DNA of 44,261 nucleotides from Perkinsus olseni (Eukaryota): NCBI GenBank assembly GCA_013115125.1, contig JABANN010000275.1, positions 1 to 44,261 of the forward strand, read 5' to 3'. Shown piece by piece: positions 34,801 to 44,261 of this stretch (position 1 is its first letter; each line of letters starts with the position of its first letter). The notes under the pieces were generated by a model. It saw only the letters and a program-made list of their open reading frames with translations, ran no database searches and was not told where the DNA came from. The position numbers and the translations under genes were made by a program.

Positions 34801-35140
34801 TGATCCGAGATGGCAACTTCTCACCCAAGTCAAAACCGCGGATAGAATACCCGTCTTGATGACATCCGCGATAGGGCGAGGAAGGAAGGCACTATATGCA
34901 TATAGCTTCAACGGGGCTGAATCACCAATGCAATCAGATAGGGCTAGGGACAGAGTCCTCTCGAACTTGTCATAGCTAGAATATCGCTTACTAGCGTTAT
35001 TATCTTGCAAGACGTTGGTTAACGTGGGATCATAATAGCTGTCCTTGCGCACTGGCAACGACCAGGACTTGCTGAAACCGGTACGGCTCGAACCAATCTA
35101 ACGACCATCACTACACCATTTCCAGACCTAATTTGTAGAA

Positions 35141-35200
35141 CCTCAGAGCAAATTAGTAAAACCCCAGAGCAATTTAATAAAGCCCAGGCCAAATTAGGGC
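35141..35200 (+). repeat. Imperfect ~21-bp tandem repeat, 3 copies
   Basis: cctcagagcaaattagtaaaa / cccagagcaatttaataaag / cccaggccaaattag. Confidence 0.7.
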
Positions 35201-36438
35201 TTCACGCGATCGCCATCATGGAGGCGCATTCCTCTACTCAAACTCAGATAAAGTGAACCGCAAGAAACAGCAAGAGCGGTGTAGGCTTGGGTAGGGTTGG
35301 GATTCCTCACTAGAAAGTGTGCAAATCCGAATACCGGAGGCTGCATCACTTACTACCACCAATGGTGATAGTAAGTGATGCAGCCATGGTGATTCACCAT
35401 GGTAACCGCCGAAAGAGCGGTTTCCAGTGGCGTTTCTTCGCAATGTAATAGAGTCGATTGCCACTTCGCAATTCCCGTCATTATCATCCCGTGCTCAACG
35501 CCATTTCGCGATAAACAGGTGCATGTGACATGCAGCATGTCCAATGAACCGGCTTATCGACATATAAGTGAGACCCTGTCTCCGACGCGCATAAGCACAG
35601 CAACTTCTATAGAAGAGAACCTCCTACCAAGTCAGTATAATTGAGATTTGCATGAAGGATTGGTTCACCTGGTGAACCGGGTGCATTCCACTCGGTAGCC
35701 TTCACCCCGCATGGATCACCCCTCTTGGCTCCACCGCGACTTCCTCGTCAGGAGGCGCTGAAAACTCACTTGTGGCGTCCGCAACCAATAATTCCACAAC
35801 TAACACTATTCAATAAGGAGACACGGAAATGCTCAAGCTACCACTCATGCACGTGATTGACGAAATCACTTCGTCAAAATAAATGAACCGCGAACTCCCG
35901 ATTCGGCTGCAACCTGAGAAGGGGATGGAATCGACCCAGCGAGCGAGCCGTGCCCTGTCAGGGCCCCCTGCAAGAATTCCGCTATCCCCGCTGCGAGAAG
36001 AGCTGTTCAGGTTGTCCCGGATTCGATGGAATAATCTTCGATGGAATCTTGGGATCTCGTATGATACGAGTCGTATCACAAATCGTGATACTGCGACACA
36101 CGTGAATCACAATATGACAACTTGTGATACGAGAACGTTCCGAACGTTACGTTCGCACGAGCTTCGCGCTACGAGGATTGGCTATTTTCGGCAAGATCCC
36201 CCGAGAGTCTCGGGCCGAGACCTTTTCCGCTTCTCCCACCGTCTATGAGTTATACTGAATTTCCTACGCAGTACAAGGCTCCCGTGAGGAGGAGTAACCC
36301 AAATTTTGAATGAGCGCTGGGCTGACGTTCGGTAATACCAAAGTTTGGTAACCAAACATACCCGTATCGAAAAATTCGACATTGAATACATACCTATTCC
36401 CTCGTTACCCCATCGTCCCTCTCTTCCCGATCATACAA

Positions 36439-39400
36439 TCAATGGAGAATACTTCCAGAAGATCTCCTTCGTGCTCCGATTTCAGCGGCGTTCACGCCCA
36501 GCAACTGCAGACCGTCCAGTCAGAAGCTCCTCTCCGTCACGCTTACTTTAGAATATTCTTGCTCTCTCCGTTTCCTAGCGTCCTCAGCAGCTTGTTTTTT
36601 GTTCTTCGTAGCGTCCTGGGGAGACGACCGAAACCTAGTCAGTGTGAGCCATCCCTCGTCATGGGAGCCATTCTCGACAAGATTACCGTATCGGCTTCAC
36701 AGTGCCTCTTCCCTTACTCGAAGATTCCATACGCTGATAAGCAGCCATCAGTCTCTGCTCGACCTTCTGTTTGTGGTCCTCTGCTTTCTGCACCCGCATC
36801 CTGTCTCGGCGAGTTTTCTCCACCTAGCATCACCCCTGCCCGTCAAGCGTTGAAAGCCTCAGCGACCTGTTTCTCCAGATCGTTGATGAGCTCCCCGTCT
36901 TGCTCGCCCAAGTCGTCGAGCTCTCCACCGATTTCTTCGATTCGGGCCTCGACCCCCTCAAGCATGTGCGAAATCTCTGCGAATTGAGATTCTCCAATAA
37001 TACAAGAGTACAACTGAGACAGGTAACGGCTACCTATCGCAAGAAGCTCACTCTCATCGATACGGAACATTCAACTGTTCTGAGGATACCAGAGGTCCAG
37101 TGGCACGCGATGCGATACGATGATAGAATCTATCAGATAGATGGAGCAGCCACACCTCTCTGACCCATAACTCGGTACGCTTGCCTGTTTTCTCTCTCGA
37201 GTTCTCACCCAATCTATAAGACGAGACGAGGTAAGGCGAGCAACTTACCTCCAGCACCTTTTTCTCCACATGTTGCAATTCCGCGTCGACCTTGTCAGTG
37301 CCGGACTTGTCAACCAGAGCGGCACTCAACGCTCTGCACGCCTTCTGTTCCATTCGCGCTGTTTTTTCAAGATTCTGAACCACGGGCATGACCCTACCCA
37401 GAGCCAGCACAGCGGAGCAGCTGAGCAACGACTTAGTTCTGTACGACATTGCGATGGAGAGTACGAGCGGATGACTCTACTCGTTTCTGTTCTCTCAGCT
37501 CTTCTTTCCTCATCCCCGCAGTTCTCTCGGTCTCCTCAAGTTTACTGGTCAACCCTGCGAGAACCTAGGACATGTGTCCTTGCCGTACAGCTAAGCGTTC
37601 GAACTTCGAAGGATCAACTAGGTAGAGGGACTTCTCACGCCGACACAGGGCCCCTAGGGGCAAAACGCACCTGATCCGACTCCGCTTCCAGCTGTATAGC
37701 GAGCAAGTTCTTGTCCTCAAGGGCCGTGAATATGTCTACCAGCTGCTCAGGCTCGGTGAAGTATCTGCCGGGAACGCCCTCATCGCGGGAACTACTAATT
37801 GAGCGACGCACTGCCTTCAGCTCAAAATGAGAATTGTGTACTCTGAGATATTGTCGTCCTGTCGATTGTCGCTCGCCAAAAAAGTTCTGGTGACGTTATC
37901 CAGTAGAAAATGTCAGACATTCAAACTAAAGTCGGATATTTCATGACAGTAGACATTCAATGTCTACTGCTAGGTTAGACTAATCTAGCATTGAACTGGC
38001 GATAAGTGATTGAGATGGGTCGAGAATCTCGACTCGAGATTGAGATCAACCTCTCCTGTATCTTGGTAGCAAATTGTTACTAGCAATCCTACGCAGGAGG
38101 ATCGGTATGAGCGGAATACCTTGCAGAGCCTATGCGCGTATGAGGTGGAATCTGAAGGACCTAGCGCCGCTAGGCTAGCGGTGGCCCGAAGACAAGAGGG
38201 CCAAACTTTTATCCGACTTGTATCACGTTATTGCGGCCAAATCCACTTCCACTGTACTTGGGTCATCGGTTGACCGTCTGACGGGCCGCCTCACTCGGGC
38301 AGCCCAACTTGGGCTACTCAGATAGCTCCAATGTATAGCTCTGAGCTGAGTTCCTTTTATGCGCTGCAGGCCAGTACCCGCAAACATCATCTTGACCGCC
38401 TTCGGGTTGGCTCGCATGAATGAGACCATGCGACGATTGCGTCTGGTATGGCCGAGTCTTGGTTATAGTATCGTCGTTGATCACATCAAGGGCGTCATTT
38501 TGCAGATTTTCTGTCCCGTTCGTCGGCAGTCGACGGTCGGCTGATGAGCGTGATGTAACATAAAAGGCCTTTGGGCAGGAGATCGATACGCACGCTGTTG
38601 GCTACCTCGAAAGACAGTAAGAGGAAGGGACCTTCGTTTGGTGCGACTTATACGCAACTTCGGAAAGACATTAACTACTTAGTGACGACGAAGTTCACTG
38701 GAAAACTGGACGGAGCTGGTGAAGTTGGTAAGAAAACTTCACATAGTATGAAGAGAACGGGTGTACGTTTAATGACGGATGTCAAAATACGGTTGAAAGC
38801 TATTGCTGACTACGGCCGTTGGAAGGATGTTCGGACAATGCAGAATTTCTGCTTGAGATACTATAGTGGCAGGTTGGGGCGTGTAAAGTTTACTCCAGTC
38901 GGATGTTAACTGTGCGGTGACTTCCAACCGACCTTTGTGAAACTATTATCTGACAATCCACCTTTAATACACTCGTGTTTTGTTTAATGAAGGAGATTGG
39001 GTGTGAAGCGAAGTAGGTCCTACTCAGTAGGATACCATAGACTGCTGACTCGACCTTGACCGGCTACGGAGTGGGGCAGCTAGTGTCCTACTGAACCGTG
39101 GTGGCCTCCAACTAAGAGTTGGCAGTGCCAACTTGGCAGTGCCAACTTGGCAACAGACATAGCCTTCTGTCTGGTTGCTATTTAGTTCTGGCACTGACGA
39201 AGATCGCACAGGTCAGAGCAGAGCCGCGCACTGCTCACACTCCCAACCTCTGCATCAAGGGGACTTCCGAAACCCGATATCGGGGTATTGTGTTTATCTG
39301 GATTGCAGTTACCCACGATTCAAGAGAATCTAATTCGGTGGTCTTGAATCTACCCAATCAACCCAATCGACTAGTGACTCACGCAGGTATCTCCTCGCCT

Positions 39401-42400
39401 GAGCTCTCAGACTCGATGCTTCGCTCAAGTTCCGTCCTGCTCGGATACTCCTTCGATAGCTCTTCCCTTCGTTTACTGATCATCTGATATGAACAACAAC
39501 GCTCACACCTGAGCAAACAAAGATCCGCATCTCGACTAGGGATTCTCGAGTGTGATGCGAACCGAGCCGAAGCAAACCTCGTGCAAAAAAGATATGCATT
39601 CAAAGACGGGCTGAAAAACATCAGTAAGGTTGTTCGCCTCCGTTTTATAATGCTACATAACGTAGCATTTAGATGATTCTGAACCACTGAATGATTGATT
39701 CAGTCTTGTATTTAATGTAGCTTACATTACATACAAGACTGCATCTTCAAGATTCGGTCTTGCTCTCTTAGTAGGAGACTCTTACTCCATCTAACTCTCC
39801 CTCCGCAGCCCTCTGCGCAGCTTCGCGAGACTTACCACGCAAGCCACGCCTACTTGACGCGGTTCTCTGAGAAACACGTAAGCTGTGTGGACGACTGCAA
39901 ATTCCATCAATTTCATCGTATGCAGCGTCGGAGGCCCTCTGGACACCTCCTCTCCCTACTCGGTTTCGTTCTTCCCAGGCGTTTCGTATACTCTGTAGTT
40001 CCAACTCGAGGTTACTCTCAATGGATGAGCGAATGCGCGTCCACTCTTCTGCAACCTTGAGTTGAATGAAACCGATGTGGCTGTTGGGGGGCGCGACCCT
40101 CGACAGGAACCTTCCTCTCCTTCCTTTTTCTCTTCCTCTCGCGCTTTTCGTGCGTCTTCGTTACAAACCACTCCTCCGGCGTGATATCCGCTAGAAACTT
40201 CCGATACCTGCTGAAGGCGTCCAAGCAATCACCAACAACCACGTAATCCCTCGATTCTCCGCACCGCGGTCGCCGACGACGACTCGTCGTATTATGTCTC
40301 ATTCATTCCGGCTCGACAAGCGAGGCTAGATGAAATTGCTGCAAAAAACTTACATGTATACTTCGATGCGCACACTCAGCCTGAGTGACTCGGGTGTGAT
40401 AAGATGAAGGCAAATAGTATCTTAGTTATCACGCTGAGCCGCATATGCTAATAGGGTTTTCTCGAGCGCTGAATGCATTCGACAAGTGTAATATCGTCGT
40501 CGACGGGACCATCCACTACGACAGGCCACTATTGGGAGTCGGTAATGCATGCCAGGCCTCCTGATCTACCTGTTCAACTCCTGCTTGAACGTTCGAAGCC
40601 TCGATGTCTCTCTTTCCAGCACCAGTACGTGCTCCTTTAGGTACCGAACCTACTCAGCCAGAAAACGAGTGGGGATCTGCGGAAGATCATCTTGAGCGCG
40701 CACGCTCCCCGAGAGCGGCTCTTGTCTCGGTTGGGTGGTGTGCGTGTCAGCGCAAAATCTCACGCCGTCGCCATCTCAGTCAAACTTGATGCCGACGGAA
40801 CAGCAACTTGGCGACAAGCTCGCCGTTGAGTCGTCACCTTATTAATTTTGTCGCTCTTCAACGCCGTTACAGTGTCGGTCTTCGTCATCGCCTCGTGAGC
40901 CCGAGTATCGTAAGACTTGAGGAAGGCATCGAAGCTATTTATTTTCTCTTCAGCAAGCTCTTCCGATCTCGCTAGGGCTTCTTCCTGTAACAACAGGTAC
41001 CCTCGCACTGGAGGCAACCCTTTTGGAGAGGGTCGCGTCGCGAGACAGTTCCTGGTGATTTTTAGTAGCTGGGTGTTCAACTGCGGAAAGGTCAATGCAC
41101 GTCCAATCTAATATGTAGATCTTAGCAACTCCCCCAGGGTGCTGAACGGGCACTTACGGTCCGTAAGCTACGGAATACATTAGGTGTGTATGATTCACAA
41201 TCATTGAATACAGATAAGTTCACATGAATGCTTCTAGGAGTTCACATCTAGGAGTCACCTCGATATTACTATTTCAAGTAATGTTGAGTAATAATATTCT
41301 ATACGTATAACCGTTTTCGACATGGTCTCTATCGTACGTATGAGGCATTTGCTGTCAGTTGAAGAGGATGCGCCGAAATGAATCTTAGCTTCAAACGAAC
41401 CTTTTGAGCGGCGACTCTCGAGCTAAATCTATTTAGCATCACATACCGGCTCGGTCCTACTTTGCCTCTCGCCTCAAGGTCAAGTCGTGCTATCTCTGCC
41501 CTTTTCATTTCAGATGCCATGCGAAGGCGCAGAACGTTCCTGAACTGCCAAAGTCACAAACGAAAGGCCCACCGATGGAAAGGGGCGCCGAATTCAGTGA
41601 AAAAGTTTTGTTCAACAAAGTCTCTCGTTTCTGAATCAGGCGAATTCCCCTACTCTGTCAAGCATTGAATTGCCACCACGAGCACTCGGGCCCTCGTTCG
41701 TGAACCATCAGCCCATGCCGTGCTTTGCCAGTAACGTTCGTAACTTTCTTCCGTCTCCGAAGATGATATATAAAATCAGGGAGATGAAAGAAATACATAA
41801 ATTGCTGGAGATGAGAATGATATATAAATCTATTTTTATTTATCGAAGAACCATGAAAGCTTTGGGAACTGTTGAGTATATTCTGCTGATCCTATTTCGA
41901 TCCGATGAGAGGCTACGCTGCAGCTATGTAGGCTAAGCGGCGGATGGCAAGAAGACATCAATCAGACCAAGTTGTGCTTGCTCCCGGACGGCACCCAAAG
42001 TCGGGTGTTGTGGTGTCAATCAGTCACTGACTGACAGTCAGTCTCAGACAGCACTCACTTTCGATTTTCCAAGAAGGTGTGGCGACTCTCTCTCGTAGAA
42101 AATCGACTTTGACTCTGTTTTGCGACTATGCTCGGCAGACTCGGCGTAGTGGGCTCCTGCGTCTTCACGCGATCCACGTCGGCGTCCATGATGAGAGCGA
42201 GTACACTTCTGGTCTCGATCGCTGCGAGGGTTGCAGCCTCGGCGTCCTGATCCGAGGCGGTTCACAGTTGACGCGCTACGATCAATGAGAGAGACCCTCA
42301 GAGGGACTACTAACTGGCAATTATAATTGCATGGTGCGTCATAAGATCCGCCCTACTCAAGACACGGGAGGCGTCAGTCAGTAACATTAAGCCGACTCCT

Positions 42401-43185
42401 GGTTACCTTTGGCTGAGTCAAGAAGATGTCCACCGGGCGCAAGCGATTGTTCTTCGAAGCCATAGAGCTGGCAGTGTACTTGCGACTGACCTACACATCA
42501 TGAAATGAAGCTGTCCAAGCAATTAACATCGTGAGTGTGGTATCAAATTGATACTATCAACAGTATTGTGGTATCTTGATAGTCCTCGCCTTGGTGGTTC
42601 GGGAGTCGGCAGAAACCTTATGCGGACGACAAATGATAAAAAGCCGACGCATTGAGCGTCATTATCCTCTCCTTCGGTGATTCCGAATCATTGATTCGGA
42701 ATCATTGATTCACGATTGATTGATTCGCAACAGAACTCTCGCCGGGAGTTTCTTAGGCTTCCATTCATCCCAAAACCTTCGGTGCGCGCTCATTATGAGA
42801 AGCCCCAAGACTTTTCCTTCTCACTGGTAGTTGCTTGCGCTCCACAGCGACAGCCTCTTCACGCTGCCTTTGTCGTTCACCGTGACGTCGAATGGATGCG
42901 TTCGAATTTGGTAGCTTGTAAGGGTTATACCTGACATACCGAAGGATCCCTGCCTCAAGAGGTCGGACTATGACCGACGATCGGACCGCCACGGTCCGAC
43001 GTCACGTGTTGCGTGAGATGCCACAAGGTGAGCCTCACCCAGGATGCTTCGGCGAGGTGACGCTTCCGAAGCTCTCGGGCGTTCCTCGATCTTCCATTAG
43101 AGGGTTCAACGCTATGTGATAGTAATTGGACTAGCTCCAATGAGAATGAAGCGATACTACTGCCATTTTTCATAATCGATACCAT
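36439..43185 (-). CDS. CFAP100: Cilia/flagella-associated protein 100 (CCDC37/CCDC38, DUF4200), multi-exon
   Basis: Exons YNPYKLP.., RESRHTFLENRK|NVLRLRMASEMKRAEIARL, EEALARSEE..FDAFLKSYDTRAHEAM, YRKFLADITPEEWF, YFTEPEQLVDIFTALEDKNLLAIQ. Start and stop positions are approximate. Confidence 0.82.
38090..38910 (+). mobile_element. Internally deleted DIRS/Ngaro-like tyrosine-recombinase retrotransposon relic in a CFAP100 intron
   Basis: RNase H end IVVDHIKGV/(frameshift)ADFLSR, followed by the YR motifs TSHSMKRTG..AIADYGRWKD..YY. Confidence 0.75.
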
Positions 43186-43689
43186 TCATTCGATTTGATT
43201 TGCTCGTGAGACTGCTCACTAATTACGGTTCATAATTACAATTCATGAGTGACACAATTATAATTGAAATGTGCGTAACTGTGAATTGATGCCAACTCAA
43301 ACTTGATAGCAGAGAGACTGCCGACTCGGCAGTCTCTATTCGAGACTCTCTAGTATCCTAGCTACTAGATCACGGAAGTAGTTCATTCCGTGATTTTTTG
43401 GGCTCGGCTTGAGTTTTACCCGAGTTTCCCAGCTGCAAGGGTTTCCGCTTTCACGGATTTACATAGCTCGATGCCCACCCAAAAATCTCGGTAGAGGGAC
43501 GCGGATTGGCGGGATCCATGCGAGCATCTTGATCCTAGATTCAGCCGCGACATGGTTGGCTGAAACGTACCCGATGAGTTACTCAGGCTGAGTACCCTCC
43601 GACGGTAATGACGTTATTGCTTCTTCCTCTGGAAGTCCTAACACCAGTTCCTCCCCACGCTTAACGCAACCTATTTCTTCCGCGTGCTT

Positions 43690-44120
43690 GCCCGACGTTG
43701 TTGCACACAAACCTCAAAAGTCCTCACGTCGCTGAAGCTGATCCGTGCTACATCGACGGTGTCAATCACTGGAGCCTGGACACTTCGAGAGGCCCGGCAA
43801 ATGGAGTATTTTTGAGAATCGCATTGAACCGCTCAATTTCAACGTTTACCTTTTGCCGGTGCAGAGCAAAGAAAGCGTTCCCCGACAGGTTGTGCACTTG
43901 CACAACTACAGAAGCCCTTTACGCTCCTCTACGCGCTCTCGCCGCCTCGGCCTAGCTCCCCTTCTGAGTGGGTCATCTACACGAACCGGTTATACATCGG
44001 CGATACCAACGACCCGTTGAGCACTAATCAACTCGGCGGCCAGAACGAGGAACATAACATCAATAACATCTGGTTCAATCCTAGGCAAGCCTTGATCTCT
44101 TCGACTCTGGTGGAGTGAGT
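43690..44120 (+). mobile_element. Relic of an APE/EEP-type endonuclease, probably from a non-LTR retrotransposon
   Basis: Frameshifted pieces with FNVYLLP and LYIGDTN (GDxN). Confidence 0.45.
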
Positions 44121-44261
44121 TCATCATCGTTATCTTCCCCTTCTCGTTTTCTCTTTTCTAATTATAGTATCACCGAGCATGTGAAGGCTACCAAAGTCTA
44201 GTAGAAGGTTCACCTCTCTTACACGGATCGGCCCTGTTTGTGCATTCAGGAACTTGAAGAC

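Noticed and set aside
1-44261. Perkinsid/dinoflagellate spliced-leader RNA gene or SL relic
   Set aside because: No CCGTAGCCAT..TGGCTCAAG-like sequence was found by eye.

Overview
Gene-dense, intron-rich eukaryotic nuclear DNA. It is most likely from a perkinsid alveolate (Perkinsus-like); this is an inference from the short GT/GC-AG introns, gene content and repeat relics. Most entries in the ORF track are exon fragments or shadows. Spliced genes reconstructed by eye are: an unknown acidic-tailed protein, a coiled-coil protein, an HSDL2-like SDR, Pam18/Tim14 head-to-head with Mgr2/Romo1, a myristoylated hypothetical protein, a MIT-like/glycine-zipper protein, a DIX-domain protein, Pol III subunit RPC7/C31 and CFAP100. 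Intronless genes are an AP2-like factor and a secreted protein. RNA genes are tRNA-Glu(CTC), which lies inside an intron, tRNA-Thr(AGT), and a split/degenerate tRNA-Pro inside an intron. Mobile relics are Tc1/mariner, a DIRS-like tyrosine-recombinase retroelement and a LINE endonuclease. Most interesting: (1) a family of tiny secreted pre-pro cysteine-rich peptides (two intact 8-Cys paralogues with mytilin/defensin-like spacing, one pseudogene, and an unrelated 10-Cys peptide); (2) tRNA and LSU-rRNA fragments sitting at intron 5' ends; (3) divergent pairing of two TIM23-machinery genes 127 bp apart. Exon boundaries were read manually and may be off by a few bases.
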